DNA of 64,000 nucleotides, taken from NCBI GenBank assembly GCA_964035575.1, contig OZ037836.1:1674001-1738000 (forward strand), in the 5' to 3' direction. This stretch comes from Rhynchopus sp. YZ270_cl-10. Lineage: Eukaryota. The notes beneath the pieces are model-generated. The model made no database searches and was not told the origin of the DNA. It saw only the letters and a list, made by a program, of their open reading frames with translations. The number at the start of each line of letters is the position of its first letter. Position 1 is the stretch's first letter. Shown piece after piece: positions 32,210 through 44,700 of this stretch. The position numbers were made by a program, and so were the translations under genes.

Positions 32210-34737
32210 TGGCCGTGTGCCTGGTCGACGAGTGCACAACGGACGTGGTGTGCAAGTCGTACGGGCAGGCATGTGTTGACACCGACAAGGACAACACGGG
32301 GACGTGGGCGTGTGAGTGCATTCCGCCGCAGACAGGGGCACCAACAACGGGGGCACTTGCGATCTGCACGGACCCCGTGGGTGACTGCCACAAGAACGGG
32401 GCGACGTGCAGCGCTGCTGGACAGACATGCGACCCCGGTGCTCCCTTCGACCAGCAGTTCGAGTGCAAATGCATCCCGCCAGCACAAACCGTGACGCCCG
32501 GGCAGAACGGGGCTGCCGAGTGCAAGCTGGACGAGTGTCTGGTGAAGTGCCCGACGTGTGCAGACAAGGATGATGGAAAGGGCAACGCATGCACAAGCAC
32601 CACTGGCCCGCCCCAGGAGTGCGAGGACCTGAACACTGCGATAACCAGCCTACAGGACTGGACGTGCACGTGCAAGACGAGTACACAGTCTGCAGTCGCG
32701 TCGGCTGTGGCAGTGTGCGTGGAAGGGAAGGACGAGTGCCTCGAGATCTCATCGGCGGTGACGTGCGGGCACAAGCCGCGCTACACGCAGGATGGGTGCC
32801 TCTGCGCGTGTGACTGGACAGCGGTGTTCAAGGACGCGAACGGGGACCTGATTACACTGCCGCCGGGCCCCGGGTCCACGGAGCCGTGTGCGTCGGGATG
32901 CTGCAACCCCCAGTCGGACCCGGATGGTGACTGGTGCTACCTGGCGCTCCACGACTACAACAGTAACAAGGGAGGTGTGTGCACAGCGAGGCGCCAGACC
33001 TGCTCTGCCGCAGGGACCCTGCCGCAGGATGGTGGCGTGGCTGTGGTGCGCGACCCAATTGCAGGGGTGCCGAGTGCACAGAACAACGTGTGCACGGACG
33101 CGGGGCAGCTCTGCGTGGAGCCCGATCTGCTCACCACAGACGACTGGATGTGCCAGTGCGTGCCGCCGATGACAGGGACGCCCGGCCAGCACGCGATTGC
33201 GATCTGTGTTGAGACACCACGCACGCCCACTCCACCAACGTACTCACCTGTTACACAGGTACCAGCCGCAACAACACCACGCACGCCCACTCCACCAACG
33301 TACTCACCTGATACACGGGTACCAGCCGCAACAACACCACGTACGCTCACGCCACCAACGTACCCACCTGACACAGAGGTGCCATCAACAACACCTCTGA
33401 CGTTTACGCCACCAACGTACTCACCTGACACACGGGTACCAGCCGCAACAACACCACGTACGCTCACGCCGTCAACGTACTCACCTGACACAGAGGTACC
33501 ATCCACAGCTGCACCTCGTACGCTCACGCCGTCAACGCACTCACCGGATGACACAGTTGCACCACCTGGGTTCAGCCGTGTGCCCGTGACAGATGCTCCT
33601 AGTAAGACACTCTCACCTGACACACAGGTACCATCCACAATAGCACCACGTACGCTCACACCATCAACGCACTCACCTGATGACACAGCTGCACCACCTG
33701 GGTTCAGCCGTGTGCCCGTGACAGATGCTCCTGGTCGGACACTCTCACCTGACACACAGGTACCATCCACAGCAGCACCACGCACGCTCACACCACCAAC
33801 GCACTCACCTGATGACACAGCTGCACCACCTGGGTTCAGCCGTGTGCCCGTGACAGATGCTCCTGATCGGACACTCTCACCTGACACACAGGTACCATCC
33901 ACAATAGCACCACGTACGCTCACACCATCAACGCACTCACCTGATGACACAGCTGCACCACCTGGGTTCAGCCGTGTGCCCGTGACAGATGCTCCTGGTA
34001 AGACACTCTCACCTGACACACAGGTACCATCCACAATAGCACCACGTACGCTCACACCATCAACGCACTCACCTGATGACACAGCTGCACCACCTGGGTT
34101 CAGCCGTGTGCCCGTGACAGATGCTCCTGGTCGGACACTCTCACCTGACACACAGGTACCATCCACAGCAGCACCACGCACGCTCACACCATCAACGCAC
34201 TCACCTGATGACACAGCTGCACCACCTGGGTTCAGCCGTGTGCCCGTGACAGATGCTCCTGGTCGGACACTCTCACCTGACACACAGGTGCCATCCACAG
34301 CAGTACCATCAGCAGTGCTGACCGCCACCCCAGGTGATGCAATGCTCAACGACACTGACGCACCTGCCTTAGGTGCCGCCAACACTTCAGACGACACAGC
34401 TGCCCCGACAGCGCAACCAACGACAGTGCCGGACACGTCGCCACCTGCAGGGTCGATGTCTGGTAGCGCTGCCGGTGCTGGGGAGGTGTTGGACGCCGAG
34501 AGCGACGGGGGTGGGTCTGCCGTTGGTCTGATTGTGGGTGTTGTGGGTGGTGTGCTGTGTTTGTGTGTGGCTGTTGGGGGCGGCTTGTGGTACAGACACA
34601 GTGCGAGAGAGTCCGCCAAGTTTGAGGATGTTCACGCACTTGAAAATGCAGTGACATTTGATGATACAGCACTCTATGATTTCGAAGCAGGCGATGAGTT
34701 GCAGGCAGCGGAAGAGGACGAGGCTGTGCTGCTGTGA
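32158..34737 (+). CDS. Type I membrane protein (859 aa): Cys-rich EGF-like units, one kringle-like insert, mucin-like Pro/Thr stalk, TM, acidic tail
   Basis: ATG at 32158 opens a hydrophobic leader (MPRLMYMREVVLLSAAV). DEC...GQ.C.D...W.C.C..P units, tandem P/T/S repeats, TM AVGLIVGVVGGVLCLCVAVGGGLW, C-terminus EEDEAVLL. Confidence 0.88.
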   Translation: MPRLMYMREVVLLSAAVVAVCLVDECTTDVVCKSYGQACVDTDKDNTGTWACECIPPQTGAPTTGALAICTDPVGDCHKNGATCSAAGQTCDPGAPFDQQFECKCIPPAQTVTPGQNGAAECKLDECLVKCPTCADKDDGKGNACTSTTGPPQECEDLNTAITSLQDWTCTCKTSTQSAVASAVAVCVEGKDECLEISSAVTCGHKPRYTQDGCLCACDWTAVFKDANGDLITLPPGPGSTEPCASGCCNPQSDPDGDWCYLALHDYNSNKGGVCTARRQTCSAAGTLPQDGGVAVVRDPIAGVPSAQNNVCTDAGQLCVEPDLLTTDDWMCQCVPPMTGTPGQHAIAICVETPRTPTPPTYSPVTQVPAATTPRTPTPPTYSPDTRVPAATTPRTLTPPTYPPDTEVPSTTPLTFTPPTYSPDTRVPAATTPRTLTPSTYSPDTEVPSTAAPRTLTPSTHSPDDTVAPPGFSRVPVTDAPSKTLSPDTQVPSTIAPRTLTPSTHSPDDTAAPPGFSRVPVTDAPGRTLSPDTQVPSTAAPRTLTPPTHSPDDTAAPPGFSRVPVTDAPDRTLSPDTQVPSTIAPRTLTPSTHSPDDTAAPPGFSRVPVTDAPGKTLSPDTQVPSTIAPRTLTPSTHSPDDTAAPPGFSRVPVTDAPGRTLSPDTQVPSTAAPRTLTPSTHSPDDTAAPPGFSRVPVTDAPGRTLSPDTQVPSTAVPSAVLTATPGDAMLNDTDAPALGAANTSDDTAAPTAQPTTVPDTSPPAGSMSGSAAGAGEVLDAESDGGGSAVGLIVGVVGGVLCLCVAVGGGLWYRHSARESAKFEDVHALENAVTFDDTALYDFEAGDELQAAEEDEAVLL
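33211..34300 (+). repeat. Coding minisatellite: ~60-bp units followed by ~120-bp units (mucin-like stalk)
   Basis: TPRTPTPPTYSPDTRVPAAT-type units, then repeated APPGFSRVPVTDAPGRTLSPDTQVPSTAAPRTLTPSTHSPDDT-type units. Confidence 0.9.
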
Positions 34738-35400
34738 TTTCTTTCTGTGCTCGGAAACGAGAAACGAATCAGAAATATCAGAAATGAGTGTCAGTGGTGC
34801 AATGCAAACATCTGCCGAGATGTGATCCAGTGGAACGGTTGGTATTTCGAAGCAGTCATGCAGACGCTATGCTGGTGAAAGGTGCTCCCCCCTTTCCACA
34901 TAAGCATTTCCACCTCACCCCACCCCTCTTTCGTTGTCTCGTTTTTGTTTGGTTTTTGTTTAGTTACTTTATTGGATCAATGTAGCCGTCAAAAAAAGAG
35001 TTGTCCCTCATTGCTTTGGGGATACTTTTTGTTTTGTGTTGTTTTGTTTTGTTTTGTAATTGCACATCTTTTGCATGCTTCGCCCAGTTTTCAGGTACAC
35101 TGCTACGAGAGGGCTTTGTACTTCAGATTTCACATCCATACCTAGAAGGCAAATTTCCCTTTTTTTCGGATCCGAATACGAAGATTATTCAAAAAAAGAA
35201 GCCTCACCCATTCAATTTGTCGTCAGATTTTGCAACACAGCCTGCAGAAATTTTACGCACAGTACTTTTGTTGAGCGGAAAGTGTCACGTCGTTCGCTCA
35301 ACCCTACCGTGCTCCGTAGCCGCAGCACCCTGCAAGGTGTGGAGAGGGGGTGTGTGGGTGCGTATCCTATGATGTCGTCCCCTTGAGTGTTAGTGTTCGC

Positions 35401-35460
35401 AGGTAGTGTTCAATGAAATCATTTGTGTAGAAAAGTTTCGGGGATGTAGGTTTTATTATT
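35401..35460 (+). mobile_element. 60-bp micro-insertion (dispersed ttcaatgaaatcatttgtgtagaaaagtttcg family) with 5-bp TSD
   Basis: Flanked by ttcgc at 35396-35400 and 35461-35465; the paralogous flank has a single ttcgc at 31909-31913. Other copies at 819-867, 59249-59300, 59511-59568 (-) and 60921-60978 (-). Confidence 0.85.
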
Positions 35461-35720
35461 TTCGCTGTGCATCACCTCAAGCGAAGAAACGCGTATTTCA
35501 TTTGCCGGATGTATTGACGATTCGCTCCCTTTGCCTTGCATTACTCGAACCCACCCCAACCTGTTCCCCACCCCACCCAACCCAACCCATATCCATCATT
35601 CCACCATCAGGACCCAAGCCAGAGCAAGAGAGAGAGAAAGAGAGAGTGAGACGAAAGGAAGCGTCAAGCCGGGTGTGTGTCTTGGTGTCTTTGCCCTTGG
35701 AGGGTAGACACGAAGCAGCA

Positions 35721-38700
35721 ATGCCGAGGTTGATGTACATGCGCGAGGTTGTGCTGCTGTCTGCTGCAGTGGCAAGCCACGCTGCGTGCACAGACTACGG
35801 GACCGACGCGACGGCGTGCGGTGCTGACGCGGCGTGTCTGTGGAGCCCTGTGTGGTACCCTGGTCTGTGCACGGAGGACCCGTGCAGGGTACAGGTGGGT
35901 TCGTCGGACTGCGGGACGACGTCGGTGGAGATGCCGGCGACGGTGTGCCAGGCGCCGTCTGGGGACCCAGACTTCTGCACGGTGGAGGTGTGCCAGTACG
36001 ACTTGGCGCTGTCGCCACGGTGCCACGTGAAGAACTGCCTGTTCTTCACGCAGGGGACGTGTGGAGGGAGCTGCAAGTGGGAGACGACAGCGGACGTGTC
36101 AGACAAGCGCCCAGCAGAGCAGATGAGCTACTGTGTGGAGGACCACTGTGCGGGACAGGGGTCGCAGACGGCGTGCGAGGGGCAGAACGGGTGTAAGTGG
36201 AGAGGCAGGTCCTGTGGGATGACAGACTGTGCGAACCACGCTGACGAGAAGGACTGCGACCACGACCTGAGTTGCCACTACGACAACGCGGCAGGGTTCT
36301 GCAAGACGACGGTGTGTGCACCGACGACAAGCTCGGTTGACTGTAAGGCGGACAACGCGTGCATGTGGAACGACTATGATAAAGTTTGCGTGCCGAAGAC
36401 GTGCGAAAAGTACAACCTGCCGACTGCGGACAGGTGTGCATGTGCGGACGACCCGGACTGCAAGTGGCACATCGGAGCCTCGGGGAGCTACTGTGTGGAC
36501 CCTCTGTACGACGCGTGCCCGGACCTGGACATTGCCTTTGTGCTGGACGGGTCTGGTTCGATGTCGCGTTCCTTCGGGTCGCACGCACACGGCTTCTATG
36601 GGCTGCTTGAGATCATGCGTGACTGGATGCAGACTGTGCCGCTGACGGGGGACGACCACACGATGGGTGCAAACATCGACTCGAAGGGGAAGGGGTTCCG
36701 TATCACCTTCATCCAGTTCTCGAAGGCGGGCGCACGCCCGGACGAGGACCACCCGTCAGGCTGCGCCATTGGTGCCTGCACGGGCGGACACTTGTCGGGA
36801 CGCAGAGACGAGCTGAACGGAGACATCGACTGGCACGAGGACAACTACCAGTCGCAGTGGACGTACCTACACGCAGCCTTGCAGGACGTGGCGGACAACA
36901 CGTTCACCGCGTCGCAGAGCCCGTCGTGGAGAGACCACGTGGTGATCATCATTGCTGACGGAGGTATCACGGACAACGACGGTGACGCGTGCTGCCCGTG
37001 GGCATGTGGGGACAGACGCTGCATGGACAGGAACTGGCGGTCGACGTACCCTGCAGCACTGGAGCAGGCGCAGCAGGACCTGCGTGACGAGAACGTGCAG
37101 GTGTTTGGTGTTGTGATGCGTCGGTACCCGCAGCACACCTTCCAGGACGACAACGCAGAGGCGAAGCTGACACCGCTTGTGACGGAGCCGTCGGCAGACC
37201 ACTTCATGAACCTGATGCTTGACGAGATCAAGGACGAGATGCTGCTGAAGCTGTGCGACCCGAACAGCGTGTTTGGGAAGACACTTGCAAAGCCTGCTGT
37301 GACCAGCGCATGTCTGGCGAAGTCACAGGCACACTGCGAGTCGACGTCGTACTGTGTGTACGACGTGGCACTGGGGTCGTGCACGGAGTCTGTGTGCTTC
37401 CCTCTGTGCGACGAGCAGAACTGCATTGCGAACGACGCGTGCCAGTGGAGTGCTGCTGACGGACGGTGTGACCCGAAGCCGCCAGGCTGCACGGCACTGT
37501 CGCAGACGGAGTGCAAGAACGACCCGACCTGTCTGTGGGACGCTGTGTGGAACAAGGGGGACAACTGTGTGGAGAACCCGTGCATCAAGGTTGACGGGCC
37601 GACTGCGTGCAACGGGCACGTGGAGCCGGTGCAGACGTGCACAGCAGATGCGCAGAACCCTGACAAGTGCGACCTGGAGACGTGTGCATACGATGCGGCT
37701 ACGAACAAGTGCGAGGTGAAGAAGTGTCTTGAGGACGAGGACGGGCGCTGCACGGCGAACACCGACTGTGAGTGGGTGAAGCCTGCTGGGTCACCGACAA
37801 CAACGACACCGTCGACGCTGGTGGGCTACTGTGACGAGAAGATCTGCACGACGACGGACCAGGGTGTGTGCGATGCAGACCCGCTGTGCAAATGGGACAC
37901 CAATACGTGTGTAACGTCGGAATGCGCAAAGAACAGGAACGAGAAGGACTGCGACCAGAACCCGAAGTGCCACTGGGACCTGACGCTGGACCCACAGGGG
38001 TGCAAGGAGGAGCCGTGCCAGCTGCTCACAGACACCGCGATGTGCACCGGGTCCCCCGACAACTGCATGTGGACGGACACGGACACGTGTGTGCCGAAGA
38101 ACTGCGACCACTACACGGCGAAGTGCGACTGTGAAAAGGATGCCGACTGTTCCTGGCACCACGGGCCTGGTGGGTCGTACTGCAGCGTGCCGCGCTACAG
38201 CAACTGCCCGGACCTGGACATTGCCTTTGTGCTGGACGGGTCTGGTTCGATGTCTCGTTCCTTCGGGTCGCACGCACACGGCTTCTACGGGCTGCTTGAG
38301 ATCATGCGTGACTGGATCAAGGACGTGCCGCTGACGGGGGACGACCACACGATGGGTGCAAACATCGACTCGAAGGACGCTGGGTTCCGTATCACCTTCA
38401 TCCAGTTCTCGAAGGCATTTGCGACTCCCGCAGAGGACCACCCGACAAACTGCGCCATTGGTGCTTGTACGGCGGGACACTTGTCGGGACGCAGAGATGA
38501 GCTGAACGGAGACATCACCTGGCATGAGAACAACTACCAGTCGCAGTGGACGTACCTACACGACGCCCTGCAGGACGTGGCGGACAACACGTTCACCGCG
38601 TCGCAGAGCCCGTCGTGGAGAGACCACGTGGTGATCATCATTGCTGACGGAGGTATCACGGACAACGACGGTGATGCGTGCTGCCCGTGGGCATGTGGGG

Positions 38701-41700
38701 ACAGGCGCTGCATTGACGCCCAGCACAGGGATGAGTACAAAGGGATGCTTGTGACGGCGCAGCAGGACCTGCGCGACGAGAACGTGCAGGTGTTTGGTGT
38801 TGTGATGCGCCGGTACTCGCAGCACACCTTCCAGGACGACAACGCAGAGGCGAAGCTGACACCGCTTGTGACGGAGCCGTCGGCAAACCACTTCATGAAC
38901 CTGATGCTTGACGAGATCCAGGACGAGATGCTGCTGAAGCTGTGCGACCCGAACAGCGTGTTCGGGCAGGTGCTTGTAGCGAAGGAGTCCGAGTGCGTTG
39001 GGAACCTTGCGGAGGCCGAGTGCACGGCTGACAAGGCCTGTGTGTGGGACACCACTGTGTGCAAGAACTCTGAGTGCTACCTACACTGCGAGGAGCAGAC
39101 GTGTCTGACGAACCCGGCGTGCGCGTGGAACAACGGCCAGTGCGAGGAGGACCCCGGGTGTGTGAAGCACACCGACTCAACGGCCTGCAAGAACGACCCG
39201 AAGTGTCTGTGGGACGCTGTGTGGAAGAAAGGGGACAACTGCGTGGACAACCCGTGTGTCGATGTGGCAAAGGACGACTGTGCTGCGGTGGGTGCGACTG
39301 TGGACCCGTGCACACCGCCGAATGGGGACCCGGACTTCTGCAAGCTGGATGTGTGCCACGTTACGACGGGCGACGTCTGCGAGGTGAAGAAGTGTCTTGA
39401 GGACGAGGACGGGCGCTGCACGACGAACACCGACTGTGAGTGGGTGCCGGCGAACCCGCTTCCGACGAACCCACCGACGTCGACGACTGTGGGCTACTGT
39501 GACGAGAAGACCTGCACGACGACGGACCAGGGTGTGTGCGATGCAGACCCGTTGTGCAAGTGGGACGCTGACAAGTGTGTGGAGACGCCCTGTGCGCAGC
39601 ACAAGAACGAGAAGGACTGCGGCCAGGACGGGACATGCGGCTGGGTTGCGACGCAGGACCCGCAGGTGTGCGTGGAGCATGAGTGCGTGGTCCACGACAG
39701 CACGATGCTGTGTGAGGCGGACGACAACTGCATGTGGGCGAACGTGCTGGGTAAGGACCAATGTGTGCCGAAGACGTGCGAGAAGTACGACTTCAAGTGC
39801 GACTGCGAGAAGGACGCAGACTGCAAGTGGCACCACGGACAGGGGAGTGCGCAGTGTGTTGTGACTGCATACGACACGTGCCCGGACCTGGACATTGCCT
39901 TTGTGCTGGACGGGTCTGGTTCGATGTCTCGTTCCTTCGGGTCGCACGCACACGGCTTCTATGGGCTGCTTGAGATCATGCGTGACTGGATCAAGGACGT
40001 GCCGCTGACGGGGGACGACCACACGATGGGTGCAAACATCGACTCGAAGGGGAAGGGGTTCCGTATCACCTTCATCCAGTTCTCGAAGGCAGACGCAACA
40101 CCCGCAGAGGACCACCCGACGAACTGCGCCGTTGGTGCCTGCACGGACGGACACCTGTCGGGACGCAGAGACGAGCTGAACGGAGACATCACCTGGCATG
40201 AGAACAACTACCAGTCGCAGTGGACGTACCTGCACGCAGCCCTGCAGGACGTGGCGGACAACACGTTCACCGCGTCGCAGAGCCCGTCGTGGAGAGAGCA
40301 CGCCGTGGTCATCATTGCTGACGGCGGGCTGACAGACTACGACGGTGACGCGTGCTGCCAGACACGCTGTGGGGACAGACGCTGCGTGGACAGAAGCTTC
40401 AGGTCGACGTACCCGGCGATGCTGGACACTGCGCAAGGACAACTGCGTTCTGAGGATGTCACGGTGCTTGGGGTGGTGATCCGCCGGTTCTCGCAGCACA
40501 CCTTCCAGGACGACAACGCAGAGGCGAAGCTGTCGCCGCTTGTGACGGCGCCGACGAGCGACCACTTCATGAACGTGATGCTGGACGAGCTGAAGGAGGC
40601 GGTGCTGATGAAGCTGTGCGACGACACATCGAAGTTTGGGCAGGCTCTGGCGCGGTCGACAGGCTGCCCGCAGTTCCTGAACGAGCAGGACTGCAAGCTT
40701 GACAAGGCATGTGCGTGGGGAGCGACGACGGCGGGTGTGTGCGGGGACTCTGTGTGCTACGCATACTGCGGGGAGGTGGACTGCACACAGAACCCGAGGT
40801 GCCAGTACGACCCCACGAACAAGATCTGCACGGAGAAGGAGAGGTGCCCTTATAAGAACCGGGCGGACTGCAAGGACAGCAAGAACTGTCTGTGGGACGT
40901 TGTGTGGGGGAAGGACACCTGTGTCGACAACCCGTGTGTGGACCCGAGAGACGAGGACGCATGCCACGACGTCCTCGCGACTGTGCCGAACCCGTGCACA
41001 CCGCCTGCAGGCAACCCCGACTACTGCGACCTGGACGTGTGTCTGTTTGACAAGACCGGGGACCTGTGCGAGGTGCAGAAGTGCCTGCACGACTCCCAGG
41101 ACAGGTGTGAGAACGACGACGAGTGTGAGTGGAACCCGCCGTCGACGATGCCACTTCCGACGGGCCCGCCCTCCACGCTGATTTCCTTTTGCAAGCCGAA
41201 GGAGTGTGCGCACACGACACAGGACCTGTGTCTCTCAGATGACGTGTGTGAGTGGAAGAACGGCGTGTGCATTGAGGACGAGTGTGTGAAGCTTCCCGAC
41301 GAGAAGGAGTGCCACGCGAACCCGAAGTGCCACATGGACACGTCGACGGTGCCGGCGAAGTGCAAGAAGACGGAGTGTGCGAAGTGGGACGCGCAGGTGC
41401 CCTGCAACAACGACATGAAGTGCATGTACAACGACAACGTGTGTGTGCCGAAGACATGTGAGAAGCACGGGGCACGGTGCGGCTGCCAGGAGGACCCCGA
41501 CTGTGCCTGGCACCACGCCGGTGCGCAGTCTGCGTGCACGTCGCCGCACTTTGACGCGTGCCCGGACATGGACATTGCCTTCCTCCTTGACGGGTCTGGT
41601 TCGATGCAGCGCAGGTTTGGTGCACACGCACACGGCTTCTACGGGATGATTGAGTTGATGCGTGACTGGGTCAAGACTGTGCCACTGACGGGGGACGACC

Positions 41701-44700
41701 ACACTGTGGGTGCAAACATCCCGCAGAACACACCCGGAATGCGTGTGACCTTCATCCAGTTCTCGAAGGCGGATGCACGCCCGGACGAGGACCACCCGAC
41801 GAACTGCGCCGTTGGTGCCTGCACGGACGGACACCTGTCGGGACTGAGGGAGGAGCTGTTTGGGGACCTGGACTGGCACGAGGCACACTACCAGTCGCAG
41901 TGGACGTACCTGCACGACGCACTGAACGACGTGGCAGACAACACGTTCCTTGCGACGCAGAGCCCACCGTACAGAGAGCACGTTGTTGTGATCATTGCGG
42001 ACGGGGGGCTGACGGACTACGACGGTGATGCGTGCTCGAACGGGTGCGGGAAGTGGTACGGGAAGGACAGGTACTGGCAGGCGCGTTACCAGGACTCGCT
42101 GCTGGAGGGCCAGCAGAAGCTGCGTGACGAGGGGGTTACTGTGTTCGGTGTGGTCGTGCGTCGCTACGCTGCACACACGTTTGCGGACGAGAACGCGGAG
42201 GTGAAGCTGAAGCCGCTGATCAGCGACCCACGTGACGAGCACTTCATGAACGTGGAGATGGACAACCTGAAGATGGATGTGCTGGACCAGCTGTGCGAGA
42301 AGTCGAGCACGTTTGGGAAGATCATTGCAAAGACGCTTGCGACGTGTGCAGACCTTGTGGGGCAGGCGGCGTGCGAGGGTGACGACGGCTGTGTGTGGAC
42401 GGACCCCACATGCAGCAAGTCGGTGTGCTACGACCTGTGCACGGAGGAGAAGTGCGACACGAACCCGCTCTGCACGTGGACCGCACCAAACGCCCCGAAC
42501 GAGTGCACGCTGACCCCGCTGACACCGGTGCCGCCGACGCCGGCACCAGCAACACTTGCGCCACCGACACCTGTGCCGTCGACAGCGGCACCGCCAACAC
42601 AGCCACCAGCAACGTCTGCGCCACCAACACCTGCACCGCCAACAGACGCACCCGAGACACCGGCACCGGAGACGATTCCACCGACCGCTGTGCCGACACC
42701 GTCGCCGCCTGTGGACGAGTGTGCGGATGCGGCGACGAAGAAGGTGTGCGAGGATGCGGGACAGACGTGTGTGGACCCGGACCAGCAGCACGCATGGGAC
42801 TGGAAGTGTGTGTGCCCGCCACCGAGCACAGCGTCGCTTGTGCGGGCGGCTGCGCAGGACTGCATGTTTGACGAGTGCAGCCTGTACAGCATGACGTGCC
42901 AGTCTGTGGGGCAGAGGTGTGTGGACCCGGAGAAGGAGAAGCCGGACTCGTGGAAGTGCGAGTGTGTGCCGCCGCAGACGCTTGTGGGGACGTCGGTGGT
43001 CGGGAAGCCTGCAATCTGCAAGGACCCGCCGGGCGACTGTGAGACGCTTGGGGACATCTGCCACGCTGCGGGGCAGTCGTGCTCGCCCGCGGCGACGACA
43101 CACGGCCAGAAGGTTGTGTGTGTGTGCATTCCGCCAGCCACGGGGACACCCGGACAGCACGTGCCTGCGGTGTGCGAGCTGGACGAGTGTGTCGCTGTGT
43201 GCCCGACGTGTGCGCAGACAGACTCGTCGCCGAAAAACAAGTGCGAAGAGGCGGGACAGGACTGCGAGGACCTGGGCCTGGGACACCTGAGCCTCGGGGA
43301 CTGGCAGTGCAAGTGCAGAACGCCGTACACCGGGACTCAGGTGACGGCACCTGCAGTGTGTGAGCTGGACGAGTGCAAGGCTGTGTGCCCGACGTGTGCG
43401 AGCACGGCACAGGGGGCGCAGAACCTCTGCGAGGAGAAGGGGCAGACGTGTGTGGAGAAGAGCCTGACGACGACGAGCGACTGGGAGTGCCACTGCGTGG
43501 ACCCGAAGGTGGGGACGGCACTGACGGCTGTTGCGGACTGCGAGGAGGACGAGTGCAGGACACGGGAGCAGATCTGTGTGGGGGCCGGACAGGCGTGCGT
43601 GGATGCGGACCACAAGGCTGCGTCGTCGTGGAAGTGTGTGTGCCCGCCGCCGTCGAACTCGACACAGGTTGCTGGTGCGGCGGTGTGCGAGGTGGACGAG
43701 TGCACGCTGGCGGACATCAAGAAGGTGTGCGAAGACAGCCACCAGGTCTGTGTGGACACGGACATCACGTCGCTCGGAAACTGGGAGTGCCACTGCGTGG
43801 CGCCTGCACACGGAACTGCGCCGCAGCACGCGGTGGCGTCGTGCTCGCTGGACGAGTGTGCGGTGAAGTGCCCGACGTGTGCCGACAAGGACAACGGGGG
43901 CGGGAACGTGTGCACAGCTGCAGGGCAGCTCTGCGAGGACCCGCAGCCGACACACACGAACCTGAACGACTGGCTCTGCAAGTGCCCGCCGCCAAGCACA
44001 AAGACTGCGGTGACGACGACTGTGGCAGATTGTCGGGACGGGTTTGACGAGTGTGTGGAGCGGTCGGACGCTGTGCAGTGCAAGCACACCCCGCGGTACT
44101 CGCTGGACGGGTGTCTGTGCGCGTGTGGGTGGACGAGCGACGAGTACAAGCAGACGGAGCCGTGCACGGACGGATGCTGCAACCCGATGCACGAGAAGTC
44201 GTCGTGGTGCCTTGTGGACACAGCGGACGACTACAACCGGAACAAGCCGCACTGCCTTGCGGCGTCGAAGCAGTTCTGTCTGTCTGCGGGCCAGGTCCCG
44301 GCTGACGGGGGCAGGCCGCTGCGCGACACGATTCCCGGGATCCCAAACGGGCAGACGAACGTGTGCACGGATGTGGGGCAGAGGTGTGTGGACCCGGACG
44401 AGAAGACGGAGAAGGACTGGTGGTGTGAGTGCGTGCTCCCGAAGAGCGGGCCGAAGGGTCTGCAGAGCCCTGCGGTGTGTGAGGAGGACGAGTGCGTGAC
44501 GTACGGGGCTGTGTGCACGAATGCTGGACAGAAGTGTGTTGACGCGGACCACAGTGCGACGATGAACTGGCAGTGCGAGTGTGTTGTGGGCCCCCCGAAG
44601 ACGGGTGCGCAGGGCGTTGCGGTGTGCGAGATTGACGAGTGCATTGAGATCTGCCCGACGTGTGCGACCGACAACGGGATGACTGTGTGCGCAGAGGCGG

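Noticed and set aside
33500..34300. Regularly spaced repeats resembling a CRISPR array or hammerhead ctgatga motifs
   Set aside because: In-frame coding minisatellite with no unique spacers, no cas genes and no GAAA partner.
35406..35720. N-terminal extension of the 6799-aa ORF, and likewise 31984-32157 for the paralog
   Set aside because: The called starts are non-ATG and the 35406 start lies within a 60-bp insertion. The signal peptide begins at ATG 35721 / 32158.
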